Source: Myxococcota bacterium | GTDB taxonomy: Bacteria > Myxococcota_A > UBA796 > UBA2385 | DNA length: 57,933 nt | Assembly (NCBI GenBank): GCA_044344255.1 | Contig: JBIJDH010000034.1 | Span: 1 to 57,933, forward strand | Reading direction: 5' to 3' | Shown: positions 47,201 to 56,832 of the stretch, in pieces | How positions within the stretch are numbered: position 1 is the first letter of the stretch | How the letters are laid out: each line of letters begins with the position of its first letter | Notes under the pieces: generated by a model | Told to the model about the DNA's origin: nothing | Database searches by the model: none | The model's input: the letters and a program-made list of their open reading frames with translations, nothing else | Position numbers and translations under genes: made by a program

Positions 47201-48028
47201 AGTGAGGCGGCCTTCACCCTCGCCACCAACCGGGCGCTGACGCTCAACCAGAAGATCAGCTCCGCCGTGCTCAACCTCCGCAGCCTCACCGATCTCGACC
47301 GCGCCTTCGAGCGGATCAAGGCCGAACCTCGGGCCGCCGCCGCGCGACAGATCCCCGCCCTCCTCGCCAGCCGGACGGCGGCCCTGGAGGGTGAGGCGGG
47401 GCCACGGGACCAGACGGCGGCGGCGCTGGCCATGTGGATCGCCGCCCTCGACGCCCCGGACCCGACGGCCCGGGTGGAGGCGCTGGCGGCCGCCCCGGAC
47501 GGCACCAGCGCGACCGCGGTGGGCGCGGCCTTCCGGAGCGCGGTGGAGGTGAGCCGAAGCCTCGCCGACCACGGCTGGTCCACCCTCGAGCTCCTGGGAG
47601 CCCACCGCGCCGCCGGCCCCGTCGCCACCCGCGCGAGCGACCTGTGGGCCGAGGCCCGCGCCCTGCTCAAGGCGGACGAGCTCAGCTCCCCCTTGGAAGC
47701 CGGGCTCCGTGAGCTCGTCACCCGCGCGGTTCTGCTGCTCACACAGGTCCACCAGCTCTCCACTCCGCCGGTCGCCCCTCCCACCCCGGCAGACCTCCGC
47801 GCGCCGCCCCCGCAAGTGCCCCGGCAGCGGCCAGGCCTCGTCATCCAGGGCGGCCCCCTCGGGCCCGTCCCCGCGCCTGCGCCGGGAGCGGAGGTCTCGG
47901 TGGACATCCCCGCCCTCTACTTCGGGGCCGATGAGGTGGACGCCGTGATGGGCCATCTTCGCATGGTGCTCTCCGAGGCTCTGGCCAAGGGGGGCTCGAT
48001 GAGCCTCCGCGCGGTGATTCGCCGATGA
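44234..48028 (+). CDS. pglY: BREX type 2 ATPase PglY
   Basis: FLRGAFGSGKSHFM, VVLYLDELILWL, PIVSFIARQRDL, YPFSPALI, LQRDRTA, RLVHLNHG, VVDYPFDD. Confidence 0.93.
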   Translation: MSTDVDEDRRLMTLLRPLLELPAELNRVSFVQSLSRAVADPAATIAQYAITPDLLRNFEEALSAVKAALDGGRSQPIFLRGAFGSGKSHFMGVLYHLLAGAPEALGHPSLHPLTERARALHGRRLLQLHFHMLDKPSLEAAIFGGYVEHVRAHHPDAPLPALFRDAELFDNADTLRRSMGDEAFFGALNQGAGSSAAAAFGKRAAVTVWDRDRYATARASGEAATRAALFNALVRTLLPAFARQQDRWVDIDSGLGVLSRHAHSLGYGGVVLYLDELILWLMTLAASREFVQREINKLVKLAEAGDERRPAPIVSFIARQRDLREVVGDQGTGAERAIIDETLGHHRARFASIELSERNLRAIVPVKVVLPKSASDRAQLDEGFAQLWRKAKDARTALGGVEGTEADCRQVYPFSPALIEVLVALSDRLQRDRTAIRILVELLVEHLPDLELGQVVPVGDVFDLVVSADDAVDETSRRAFALARDLYRHELLPQLQKRNGTGDPSRCQRMREGHPLRLGCSGCRELTCRNENRLLKTVLLGALAPRVPVLEGLTVSRLVHLNHGAVTLPTAMMCVRTTAGKLRDVHREVRALEVSEGDDPRVSVSLHTVDLKPVLARAASRDSVEARKRALRKLLFDELGVDTRADGAVPHKLALHHIERPGLVRFCNVREASADELRCPSQVFWQVVVDYPFDDPGYGPKEDEDRLRALFDHGEAVCCVAWLPTFFAPATQEELGEYVRLQAILTEGDAGRYLVDLPMDKHGQARQELESLLTRRTASLKEALNKAYGLLRVSETDTQLDLNRRAPHHAIALWDQRELPLAKGADLAEALAALGEAALRFRFPAHPELGAPPRAPRVGKLRALLQPVMEGEGGVIELVPDDRALAAELAVPLRLVTLAGSRLQRSDSLFDRVSANLGQAKVESPTPADLHRALDPQGQQGLTDELLALISWLWAARVRRVPTLGSRPFEWPPNARLPDNLRFEAPDLPSEAAFTLATNRALTLNQKISSAVLNLRSLTDLDRAFERIKAEPRAAAARQIPALLASRTAALEGEAGPRDQTAAALAMWIAALDAPDPTARVEALAAAPDGTSATAVGAAFRSAVEVSRSLADHGWSTLELLGAHRAAGPVATRASDLWAEARALLKADELSSPLEAGLRELVTRAVLLLTQVHQLSTPPVAPPTPADLRAPPPQVPRQRPGLVIQGGPLGPVPAPAPGAEVSVDIPALYFGADEVDAVMGHLRMVLSEALAKGGSMSLRAVIRR

Positions 48029-50721
48029 TCCCGCGCCTCACTGTGGGCGATCTCCTCGCTCAGCTCCGCGACGCCCGACGGGCCGATGACGAACGCCCGG
48101 TGCTGATCCTGGGCCACTTCCCCGACCTGCCAGAGGAGGGGGCCACCCTGCCCGTGGATGGCCACGAGTGGAGCGTGCTCCCCGTAAAGGGCGAGCTCGG
48201 CCTGCGGGAGGCGCTGGTCCGAGTGGAGGAGGACAGCGCCCTCTGCCTCCTCCTCGACGAGGACCTGCGCCTGCCGGTCGACATCGAGCCCCGCGTCGCC
48301 CGCGGCCGGGTGCAGCATGTGCACCGTCGCGCCCGCCTCGCCCAGATGTTCGGTGCCCAGGAGGTGGCGACCGCCCTCCTCACCTCCCCCCTCGCCACCG
48401 TGTTGCTCGAGGCACAGGTGCCCGGGCTGCGGCCGATCGGCGGTACCCTGCTCCAGCTCGATGAGGCTTGGCGACAGGTTCTCGAGAGCTGGCTCGGCCT
48501 ACAGGTCAGCCAGGGCCTGAAGGGCCTCGCTGTCGCGGCGGTGGAGCGCCCCCTCCGCGCCCGCGACCTGCTCCAGCAGTGGCCGAGCCTCCAGCAGGAG
48601 CTCGGCCTTGCAGTCGAGCGGCTCTTCGGCGGGCCCCCGGCGGGGCTCCTGTGGCGGGCCTGGAGCAGCGGTCACGGCGCAGAGGCCCTGGCCTTCGTCC
48701 TCCTCCTCCACGGCGCCCGCCTCGCCCCGGACCCGCGGACGGCGGAGGCCCGCCTGCAAGGGGCCCTCGGCTACGCCCCGGGCGCTGACGCCCGACTCAC
48801 CGATCCCGCCGTCTGTGGCCCCCTCCTCGGCCAGCTCCCCGAGCTGCTCTCCGCCCTTCCGGGCAGCGCGAAGGAGGCCGTCCTCCGCCTCGCCGAGGGG
48901 GTGGCGCACCAGGAAGAGGCCCAGCGCGCGAGCCCCTTCCTGCCCTGCGCCGCGCGGGCCCTGGACGCCGAGCTCGCGGCCCTCCTACAGGCCTGCGCGC
49001 TCGCCCCGAGCCCGGAGCTCGTGCGCCAGGCCATCCGAGTGGTGGGCCGCCTGGACCTCCACGAGGGCGACCGCCACCAGGCCGGCGCCGCCGACCGAAG
49101 CGCCCTCCGCCAAGCCTCGGCCCGGCTCACCCTCTGGCTCCTGGAGGGGGCGCCCGAGGCCCGCCGGCTCGGTACCGTCGGCGCCCTCGCCCGCTGGTAC
49201 CACGACGAGGGGGCCTGGGTGGACCTCGCCCGCCAAGCCCTCCGCGACCACGCCCGCCCCGCCGATCCCCTCGGAGCCGCCGCCCTTACCCTCGTCGAGC
49301 GGGTAGACGCACACCGTCGTGCGCTGGACCGCATCTTCGCAGAGGCCCTCGTCCGACTCCCCCTGGGGGAGCCCTCCGACGGCGTCGGCAGCGTGGCAAC
49401 CCTCACCCGAAGCCTCGTGGCGCCCTTCCTCGCCGACCGACCCTCCCGCCGCCTGCTCGTGTTGCTCATGGACGGGATGAGCGCCCCGGTCTGCCGATCC
49501 CTGCTGACCGGCCTCGATGGCTGGGGCCGGGTCAGCTGGCGCCCGGAACGGCAACCGCCCGGTTGGCTCCCTGCCCTGGCCGCCCTGCCCACCCTCACCG
49601 CCACGAGCCGCGCCGCCTTCTTCGCCGGGAAGCTCCAGGCCCGCTTCGGCGACGAGCCGGAGAGCCGCGACCTCGAACGCTGGCGCAGCAACCCCGCGGT
49701 AGCCGAGCTCGGCGCCGAGGGAGAGCCCCCACCCCTCTTCCTCCGCGCCGGTGTCGGCGACGACGCGGCCCTATCCCCCGAGCTCACCCAGGCCCTCCGC
49801 CGCAGCGACCTCCGCCTCGTGGCCGCCGTCGTCAACGTCGTGGACGAGCAGCTCGGGGGCAGCGGGCAGGTTCGGGTCGACTGGAGCACGCCTCGGTCGG
49901 TGCCCGTGCTGCGCGCCCTCCTCGACGAGGCCGAGCGCGCCGGGCGCTGTGTGCTCCTGGTCTCCGATCACGGCCACGTCTACCCCCGCCAGAGCCTCGG
50001 CCGCCTCGCCGAGGGCGGGGGTCGCCGCTATCGCACCGTCGCCCGCGGCGAGGCGCTCCGCGACGAAGAGCTGCGTCTCCCCGAAGGCTGTTGGCGCGCC
50101 AACGGCGTCGCCGCCCTGGTCGATGAGACCCTCGCCTGGGGACAGGGCAGCGGCGGCGCCCACGGCGGGCTCAGCCTCGCCGAGGTGGTCACCCCCGTGG
50201 CCCTCCTCGCGCCCGAGCGGGCCGCCCATCGGCAGAACGACCCCAAGCTCGCCGTGGCCAGCGACCCGCCCCCCGCCTTCTGGCAGCTCAAGGCCCCCGT
50301 CCAGGTCGCGGCCGCGGCCTCTCCCACAGGCCCTTCCTCCCCGAGCCTGCAGGTGGGCCTGTTCGGGACGCCGCCCCCGCAACCCTCTCCGCCTATGGCT
50401 GTCGCCCAGGGCCTCCACCCCCTGGCCGCCCACCTCAAGGCAAGCCCGCGCTTCGCCGAGGTCTGCCATGGCCGCCCCGCGGCCCAGCGGGAGGACGCCA
50501 TCCTCCTGGTCGACCGCCTTCTCCGCAAGGACCCACCCATGGAGGGTTGCGACGCTCTCGCCCAGGCCCTCGGCGAGCCCTGGCGCCGGGTGGAGCGTCG
50601 AGTGCGAGAGGCGAGCGGCCTGCTCTCCGACGGCGGCCTCCCCCTCCTCGAGCTCGACCTCGGCGCCCGGGTCCTCCGCCTCCACCTCGGCGCCCTCTGC
50701 GAGGAGTACGAGCTCCGATGA
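48025..50721 (+). CDS. pglZ: BREX type 2 phosphatase-fold protein PglZ
   Basis: LLMDGMS, LPTLTATSRAAFF, VVNVVD, LVSDHGH, GAHGGLSLAEVVTP. ATGA overlap with pglY. Confidence 0.93.
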   Translation: MIPRLTVGDLLAQLRDARRADDERPVLILGHFPDLPEEGATLPVDGHEWSVLPVKGELGLREALVRVEEDSALCLLLDEDLRLPVDIEPRVARGRVQHVHRRARLAQMFGAQEVATALLTSPLATVLLEAQVPGLRPIGGTLLQLDEAWRQVLESWLGLQVSQGLKGLAVAAVERPLRARDLLQQWPSLQQELGLAVERLFGGPPAGLLWRAWSSGHGAEALAFVLLLHGARLAPDPRTAEARLQGALGYAPGADARLTDPAVCGPLLGQLPELLSALPGSAKEAVLRLAEGVAHQEEAQRASPFLPCAARALDAELAALLQACALAPSPELVRQAIRVVGRLDLHEGDRHQAGAADRSALRQASARLTLWLLEGAPEARRLGTVGALARWYHDEGAWVDLARQALRDHARPADPLGAAALTLVERVDAHRRALDRIFAEALVRLPLGEPSDGVGSVATLTRSLVAPFLADRPSRRLLVLLMDGMSAPVCRSLLTGLDGWGRVSWRPERQPPGWLPALAALPTLTATSRAAFFAGKLQARFGDEPESRDLERWRSNPAVAELGAEGEPPPLFLRAGVGDDAALSPELTQALRRSDLRLVAAVVNVVDEQLGGSGQVRVDWSTPRSVPVLRALLDEAERAGRCVLLVSDHGHVYPRQSLGRLAEGGGRRYRTVARGEALRDEELRLPEGCWRANGVAALVDETLAWGQGSGGAHGGLSLAEVVTPVALLAPERAAHRQNDPKLAVASDPPPAFWQLKAPVQVAAAASPTGPSSPSLQVGLFGTPPPQPSPPMAVAQGLHPLAAHLKASPRFAEVCHGRPAAQREDAILLVDRLLRKDPPMEGCDALAQALGEPWRRVERRVREASGLLSDGGLPLLELDLGARVLRLHLGALCEEYELR

Positions 50722-52088
50722 CCGACCCCACCCCCCGCGGCCCCAGCCGCCTCGTCCGAGATGAGCTCATCCACGCCCTGCGCAACGGCTCCGTGCCCCG
50801 CCGGGGGCTCGACCTCGTCGCCGTCGGCACGGAGCGCTTCTCCGGCGCCCTCGACGAGGAGCTCGCCCGTGTGGCCCGGGGTGGGGCCCAGTTCAAGGCC
50901 ATCCGCGGCGAGTACGGCGCGGGCAAGAGCTTCATGGCCCGCTGGTTCCAGCAGCGGGCCCTCGCCGCCGGCTTCGCGGTGGCGGAGGTGCAGATGGGGC
51001 AAGTCGACATGCCCCTCTACCAGCTCGAGACGGTCTACCGCCGCGCCGCGGCCGCGCTGCGCACCCGGGACTGGGAGACCGGCGCCTTCCGCGCCATCGT
51101 GCAGGGCTGGCTGCTCTCCCTCGAGGACGCCGCCCTCGCCGCCGGCGCCCCCGCCGACGATCCCGACCGACTCGGCCTCGCAGTGGAGCGCCTCCTCGAG
51201 CAGCGCCTCGCCGCCATCCACCAGCGCTGGCCTGCCTTCGGCGCCGCGCTCCGGGCCTGCTACCGCGCCATGCTGGCCGAGGACCACGCGGCGGTCGAGG
51301 CCCTCCTGAGCTGGCTCATGGCCAGCCCCCAGGTGGGCGCCACGGCCGTCCGCGGGGCCGGCCTCCGGGGCAGCATCGACCACACGGGGGCCCTCTCCGC
51401 CCTCCAGGCCCTGCTCATCCTCCTCCAGCAGACCGGTCGGCCGGGCCTCATGCTCGTGCTCGACGAAGTGGAGACGTTGCAGCGCCTCCGCTCCGAGCCC
51501 CGCGAGAAGAGCCTCGACACCCTGCGCAAGCTCATCGACGAGCTCAGCGCCAACGCCTACCCCGGCCTCTACCTGCTCATCACGGGGACGCCCGCCTTCT
51601 TCGAGGGCCCGCGCGGCGTGCGTTCGCTGCCCCCCCTGGCGCAGCGGCTGTTCACCGACTTCGGCCCCGACCCCGCCTTCGACTCCGCCCGCGCCCCACA
51701 GGTCCGCTTGTTGCCCTTCGATGAGGCCCGCCTCCTCTCGCTCGGCCAGCGGGTCCGCGCCCTGTACCCGGCCTCCCACCCCGATCGGGTACACGAGCGG
51801 GTGACCGACGCCGTCCTCGCCCGTCTCGCCGCCGAGGTGATGGGTCCCCTCGGGCGCGCCGTCGGCGTGGTGCCTCGCGTCTTCGTTCGTAAGCTCGTGA
51901 GCGGCGTGCTCGACCGGGTGGACGAGCACCCTACCTTCGACCCCCTCACCGGCGGCTCCTTGTCCCTTCGGGCGGAGGATGTGGCCGCCGCCGAAGCCGA
52001 GCAGCAGCGCGCCGAGCGCGACGGGGCTGAGCTCTCCGGCGCCGAGCGTACGGGCACCGACGCCCTCGACGCCCTCGACCTCCCGTGA
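50718..52088 (+). CDS. brxD: BREX ATP-binding protein BrxD
   Basis: ALRNGSVPRRGLD, RGEYGAGKS, LVLDEVETLQR, ITGTPAFF, LAQRL. ATG at 50718 overlaps the pglZ stop. Confidence 0.93.
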   Translation: MTDPTPRGPSRLVRDELIHALRNGSVPRRGLDLVAVGTERFSGALDEELARVARGGAQFKAIRGEYGAGKSFMARWFQQRALAAGFAVAEVQMGQVDMPLYQLETVYRRAAAALRTRDWETGAFRAIVQGWLLSLEDAALAAGAPADDPDRLGLAVERLLEQRLAAIHQRWPAFGAALRACYRAMLAEDHAAVEALLSWLMASPQVGATAVRGAGLRGSIDHTGALSALQALLILLQQTGRPGLMLVLDEVETLQRLRSEPREKSLDTLRKLIDELSANAYPGLYLLITGTPAFFEGPRGVRSLPPLAQRLFTDFGPDPAFDSARAPQVRLLPFDEARLLSLGQRVRALYPASHPDRVHERVTDAVLARLAAEVMGPLGRAVGVVPRVFVRKLVSGVLDRVDEHPTFDPLTGGSLSLRAEDVAAAEAEQQRAERDGAELSGAERTGTDALDALDLP

Positions 52089-54136
52089 GCTTCGGCCGCC
52101 TCAGCCCGGCCCTGCAGTCGCAGATCGTCAGCGGCCTCGGCTGGGCCCAGCTCCGGCCGGTCCAGGAGCAGACCATCGCTGGGGTGCTCGACGGCGACAA
52201 CTGCGTAGTCCTCGCTCCCACCGCCGGCGGAAAGACGGAGGCGGCCCTCTTCCCCGTCCTGTCCGCCATGCACGAGGGGCGCTGGGCCCCCACCTCCGCC
52301 CTCTACGTGGCCCCCATCCGCGCCCTCCTCAACAACCAGGAGGCCCGGCTCCAGGAGCTCGCCTCTTTGCTCGGGAGGAGGGCCGCGAAGTGGCACGGCG
52401 ACGTGACCGACGCTGCGCGGCGGCGCTTCGTCCGCGAGCCCGCCGACCTGCTCGCCACCACCCCAGAGTCCCTGGAGGCGCTCCTGATGTCGACGCGCCT
52501 CCCCGGGCGGCAGCTCCTCTCCCAGGTGCAGGTCGTCATCATCGACGAGGTGCATGCCTTCGCCGCCGACGACCGGGGCGCCCACCTGATGGCTCTCCTG
52601 GAGCGCATCGCCCACCTCGCCGGCCGCGACATCCAGCGCATCGGCCTCTCGGCGACCGTAGGCGATCCCGCGGAGATCGCCGACTGGCTCAGCGGCTCCA
52701 GCGCCCGCCGGCGCAGGGTCATCGATCCCGGCGGCGCGCGGAAGACCGCCGAGGTGGTGCTCGACCATGTGGGCAGCCTGGAAGGCGCCGCCTCGATCAT
52801 CGAGCGCCTGCACCCCGGACGTCGCCGCCTCGTCTTCGTGGACAGCCGCCGCCGCGTCGAGGCGCTCGGCTCGCTGCTGAGCGCGAAGGGGATCCACACC
52901 TTCCTCTCCCACTCCTCCCTCTCCCTCTCCCAGCGGGCCGCCGCCGAGCGCGCTTTCGCCGAGGAGCGGGACTGCGTCATCGTGGCCACCTCCTCCCTCG
53001 AACTCGGCCTCGACGTGGGTGACCTCGACCACGTCTACCAGATCGACGCCCCGTCCACGGTGTCAAGCTTCCTACAGCGCATGGGCCGCACCGGGCGCCG
53101 CGCCGACACTCGGCCGAACTGCACCTTCCTCACCACGAGCGACGAGGGCCTCCTCCAGGCCGCCGGGCTCCTCCACTGCTGGCGCCAGGGCTTCGTCGAG
53201 CCCGCCGCCCCGAGCCGCCGCGCCGCGCATGTCCTGGCGCACCAGCTCCTCGCCCTGGCCGCCGGCGCCCAGGGCCTCAATCTGGATGCGGCGCTCCACA
53301 CCCTCCGCGGCGCGGCACCCTTCCGCGACTTGGACCCCCAAGACGGCGCGGCGCTCGCGGCGCACATGCTCGCGGCCGACATCCTCACGGAGGCGGACGG
53401 CCGTCTCCTTCTCGGAGCGGAGGGCGAGCGACGCTACGGTCGGCGGAACTTCTTAGAGCTCTACGCCGTCTTCTCCGCACCCTCGGTCCTCACCGTATGG
53501 CACGGGGCCGAGGAGATCGGCACCATCGACGCCTGGTTCCTCCTCGGGGATGACAAGCCCGGCGCCACATTCGTCCTCGGCGGCCGGGCCTGGGCGCTGG
53601 AGCAGGTGGTGTGGTCGAAGGGCACGGCCAGCGTGCGCCCTGCGCCCACAGGTGCGGCACCCCGCTGGTTGGGTCAGCCCCGGCTGCTGTCCCGTCCTCT
53701 CTGTGAGGGTATCCGCGACGTGCTCGTGGGCGACGATATCCCGGCGGAGTGGAGCCGCCGCGCCCGAGCCGCGCTCATGGAGGAGCGAGAGACTCATGAG
53801 GCGCTTCGCGACGAGGAGTCCCCCTTGGTCGCCGAGGGCAAGAACCTGCGGTGGTGGACCTTCGCAGGCGGCAAGGCGAACAACCTCCGGGCAGCCCTCC
53901 TCCGCCGGGAGCTCGGGGACCGGGTGAGCGCCAACAACCTCTCCATCACCATCGCCGACGAGGCTGCCCGCAGCGACGTGGCCGTGCGCGGCGCCATCCG
54001 CGGGCTGGTGCCTACCTGGGAGGAGGCCGAGGCGCTGGTGGAGGGGGTCGCGCGGGGGCCGATGAGCAAGTTCCAGCCCTGCCTGCCGGAGCGGCTCGCC
54101 CGGAGGTTGATGGCGGATCGGCTGATGGAGCCGTGA
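52085..54136 (+). CDS. brxHI: BREX Lhr-like DEAD/DEAH helicase BrxHI
   Basis: APTAGGKTEAA, TTPESLE, DEVH, GLSAT, ATSSLELGLDVG, QRMGRTGRR. Confidence 0.92.
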   Translation: MSFGRLSPALQSQIVSGLGWAQLRPVQEQTIAGVLDGDNCVVLAPTAGGKTEAALFPVLSAMHEGRWAPTSALYVAPIRALLNNQEARLQELASLLGRRAAKWHGDVTDAARRRFVREPADLLATTPESLEALLMSTRLPGRQLLSQVQVVIIDEVHAFAADDRGAHLMALLERIAHLAGRDIQRIGLSATVGDPAEIADWLSGSSARRRRVIDPGGARKTAEVVLDHVGSLEGAASIIERLHPGRRRLVFVDSRRRVEALGSLLSAKGIHTFLSHSSLSLSQRAAAERAFAEERDCVIVATSSLELGLDVGDLDHVYQIDAPSTVSSFLQRMGRTGRRADTRPNCTFLTTSDEGLLQAAGLLHCWRQGFVEPAAPSRRAAHVLAHQLLALAAGAQGLNLDAALHTLRGAAPFRDLDPQDGAALAAHMLAADILTEADGRLLLGAEGERRYGRRNFLELYAVFSAPSVLTVWHGAEEIGTIDAWFLLGDDKPGATFVLGGRAWALEQVVWSKGTASVRPAPTGAAPRWLGQPRLLSRPLCEGIRDVLVGDDIPAEWSRRARAALMEERETHEALRDEESPLVAEGKNLRWWTFAGGKANNLRAALLRRELGDRVSANNLSITIADEAARSDVAVRGAIRGLVPTWEEAEALVEGVARGPMSKFQPCLPERLARRLMADRLMEP

Positions 54137-54286
54137 AGATTGAAGAAGCTGCCGTACGCAGGGTTCCTCACCACGGGCCCCGCGTCAGAGCCCGCCTTAT
54201 CCCTCGCCTCAGGTCAGCCCCACCTTCTCAGTCTCGGGCCGCGGCATCTTTGGCGAGGCCCCGGGAGCCGCTGGGGGCCCCCGGGG

Positions 54287-54334
54287 GGCCCACTTCTGGC
54301 GAGCACAACCGGCCCATTTCTGCCGAGCGGTGAA
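54287..54334 (-). mobile_element. IS21-like terminal repeat remnant
   Basis: Two 18-bp direct repeats (ggcccacttctggcgagc and ggcccatttctgccgagc) at 24-bp spacing, located where the IS66 tnpB homology stops. Confidence 0.5.
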
Positions 54335-54400
54335 GGAGCAGCGCATGTCGACCTGCTCGACCGCCAGGAAGATGCGTACGGACGAAGGCAGGCTCAACAT
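54332..54400 (-). pseudogene. IS66 accessory protein TnpB, truncated
   Basis: MLSLPSSVRIFLAVEQVDMRCSF, after which homology is lost. Confidence 0.8.
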
Positions 54401-54721
54401 GCGCGCAACACGCCGATGAGGCCGGCGAGCGCATCGCTGTCGAAGCCCGGCTCGACCTCAACAAGGACGTCCCCGACGTGAACCCGGAAGGGGCGTGGGC
54501 CGACCGGCGCGGGGGGGGAGCAGCTCGATCAGCTGAACGCACGGCCCCCGAGGGGCGAGGTCCGGCTGAAGCCGGCGTCGCCAGACCTCCAACAAGCGCG
54601 GGTTGACCCGGTGCGCCCGGGCCCAGGCGCTCGGGGACTGGCCGCTCTCGGCGAGGGCGTCCAGGCAGCGGGTGGCGTCGGCGGCGTCTGCGATCTTGCG
54701 GGGCAGGGATAGAGCGGGCAT
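54394..54721 (-). pseudogene. IS66 TnpA-like HTH protein, frameshifted
   Basis: ESGQSPSAWARAHRVN...WRRRL. The C-terminus FRVHVGDVLVEVEPGFDSDALAGLIGVLRAC is in another frame, near the G8 run at 54511-54518. Overlaps the tnpB start. Confidence 0.75.
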
Positions 54722-54859
54722 GGGTACCTCCGGGCCCTGTGATCACACAGCAGGGCGGAGAGTGCCTCCGGGGTTCATTGACCGGCCACGGCGCCTCGCC
54801 CGAGAAGGGGCTCTCCCCGGGTAAACGCTCCGTCACCCGGTGACGGCCGCGGCGGGAGA

Positions 54860-55170
54860 TGCGATGACCGCGTGGATACCGCAAGAGGGGCTTCGCGACC
54901 CAGCTCACGGCCGAACAGCGCGTGCCGCTCCTCCAGATGCGTCGCGAGAACCCATCGGCCCCGGTCGACCTGATCCTCGACGCTGCCGTCAGGACCCGCG
55001 TCGTTGCCAACGACCGGGTTTCAGTGAGTACGCTCCGCCGGCTGTTCGCCGCGGTCGGGACAACGCGGTCGGCGGCGACCCACCGAAACTGGCGGGAGAC
55101 GCGGATCCGCGCGCGCTTTGAACCGAACGCCGGACTGTTCGCCAAGGCAGACCTTGGCCGGGATGCGGGA
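54860..55170 (+). pseudogene. fragment of an rve/Mu-like (IS481-related) transposase
   Basis: QLTAEQRVPLLQMRRENPSAPVDLIL...VSVSTLRRLF resembles the pre-catalytic HTH of such transposases. No DDE core follows. Confidence 0.5.
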
Positions 55171-55200
55171 CGTTCTTGCCCGGCCGGCGCCTCCGCGGTC

Positions 55201-55794
55201 CTAGCTGGCGGTCGAGACCGCCGAGCAAATGCCACAAAGCCCCGTGGTCGCTTGGTACGCACATGACCCCTGCGGCGCAATCTCGAGGAACGAGTACAAC
55301 TCGTCCGCGCTCAGAGCCCCATCCCGGTTTAGGGCATTCGCCACTGCGAGCACCACTGACCAGTGGTCCCTGAGTAGTTCGACAGCAAGGGTCTGCGCTG
55401 CCGAGAACACCTCGTCACGGTCAATCGACAGCTGCTTTCCCACTACGCCGGCAGCAACCTTCGCTTTGAGACGATCTCCTATGTTCGAGCCATCGAGCGA
55501 AACCAAGCGGGCCTCCTCCATGCGCCCGCCCTTGATGTGCCAAGTCATCTCGGCGACCTCACCGCCTGACGCAATCGACACCTCAGCACGAAGCTTCTCC
55601 GCCGTCCAGCCATCCCCATCTCGCCATTCACACGACATCTCGCCGGTGTCGCGGTCCTTCCCGATCCGCGCAAAGACAACACTCTTGCGCAGGCAATAGG
55701 CAACGACCACATGGCCAGCTTCGTGTACGGCGGTCAACATCCAACAGACTCCACGGGGTGTACTGGCCCAGCGTGATCCAGACTCGGGGGTCAA
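55201..55794 (-). CDS. stand-alone FtsH/M41-like zinc metallopeptidase domain protein
   Basis: TAVHEAGHVV, GGEVAE, GD, LLRDHWSVVLAVANAL...LSADEL. Start may be 55740. Confidence 0.8.
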   Translation of the reverse strand: MTPESGSRWASTPRGVCWMLTAVHEAGHVVVAYCLRKSVVFARIGKDRDTGEMSCEWRDGDGWTAEKLRAEVSIASGGEVAEMTWHIKGGRMEEARLVSLDGSNIGDRLKAKVAAGVVGKQLSIDRDEVFSAAQTLAVELLRDHWSVVLAVANALNRDGALSADELYSFLEIAPQGSCAYQATTGLCGICSAVSTAS

Positions 55795-55798
55795 GGGT

Positions 55799-56130
55799 GT
55801 AACGAATCAGTGTTCTGTGGGCGAGGAGGGGGCGTCGGTGTCTCGGGCATATGCGGGTGTCCGCTGGCGGCTTCCCTGGCGGCGACGGGCCCGTGCCTCC
55901 CGAGCGGCTTCGAGCTTGACGGGGGCGCCCGGAGGCACGACGAGGGGGACTTGCTCGCTGCCGAGGGGCGGCCGCGCTCCCGCTCAAGCGCACCGTAGAC
56001 GCCGTAGCTGTCGGCCACGATGATGCCGCTGTACTCATCCAAGATGGAGCGGGCGGCGTTGTTGCCGCGGCTGAGCAGGATCTGCGCATAGGTAGCATCG
56101 GGCTGCGCCACCTGATAGATCTGGCGGATG
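55799..56130 (-). mobile_element. IS66 right-end remnant with internally deleted TnpC fragment
   Basis: SRGNNAARSILDEYSGIIVADSYGVY resembles the IS66 TnpC core. GTAA terminus at 55799. Confidence 0.7.
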
Positions 56131-56832
56131 AGCAATGAAATTGCAGCACAGGTTGTGACGGGCGTCTTCACGCTCATCGCTGCGGGCGCCGGCTGGTGGC
56201 TGACGGCGGTGTCTGACGTGATGGTGCGGCGTCGCGCTCGTCGCGCAGCACTCGGAGAGGTTCTCGCTATCCTTCTTGAGGTGCGACACCGTTTCGTGAC
56301 GCTCCGATACGTCGGACGACTCGTTGACCGGTTCCCGGCAGAGCACCGGGCAGCGTGGCTCTCTGCAGTTGAAGGCTTCGAGGGGCTGCTTCCTGATCTC
56401 GACGGCCTCGCGGAGAAGTACGAACTTTCGCTGTCGGTGTTGTCGCAGGAGAGTCCGGTACTGGCCTTCCGGCTCCGCTTCCGAGACCGTGCCTTTGGGC
56501 AGGTGTCGCAGGTCAGGGCGCTGCTGGAGAATGTCGTCGATGGGCAAGCGTCGGAGGAGATTCTTCACGGCATCAGCCGAACCCTAGGCTCGGCGTCGAT
56601 CGACGGCTTGGACACGACGATTCGGGAGGTGGCACTGTCGCACGGCCTACTTACTCGGTTTCAAGTGAGGAAGGTGCTCGGCAAGTCCGACGACACCACC
56701 GATTCCGACATGGAGGCATTTTTCACGGACTACCTGGCAACCCTCATCCGGGCTTTCCCGAACGAAGAGGCCGAGATTCGAAAGTTCTTCACGGACGCGA
56801 GAATCATCAGGTCGCTACCGGCGACGGCCTGA
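56128..56832 (+). CDS. hypothetical protein with N-terminal TM helix
   Basis: 234 aa. VVTGVFTLIAAGAGWWL followed by RRRARR and a helical body. Confidence 0.75.
   Translation: MSNEIAAQVVTGVFTLIAAGAGWWLTAVSDVMVRRRARRAALGEVLAILLEVRHRFVTLRYVGRLVDRFPAEHRAAWLSAVEGFEGLLPDLDGLAEKYELSLSVLSQESPVLAFRLRFRDRAFGQVSQVRALLENVVDGQASEEILHGISRTLGSASIDGLDTTIREVALSHGLLTRFQVRKVLGKSDDTTDSDMEAFFTDYLATLIRAFPNEEAEIRKFFTDARIIRSLPATA

Noticed and set aside
44099..47956. 1285-aa antisense ORF, and similar long shadow ORFs opposite pglW, pglZ, brxD, the recombinase and the MopE gene
   Set aside because: These are mirror frames of high-GC3 genes with no motifs of their own.
54120..54140. Possible C-terminal truncation of brxHI by the IS cluster
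   Set aside because: All helicase motifs and the terminal KF..CLP..LA segment are present, and no IS end abuts the stop.
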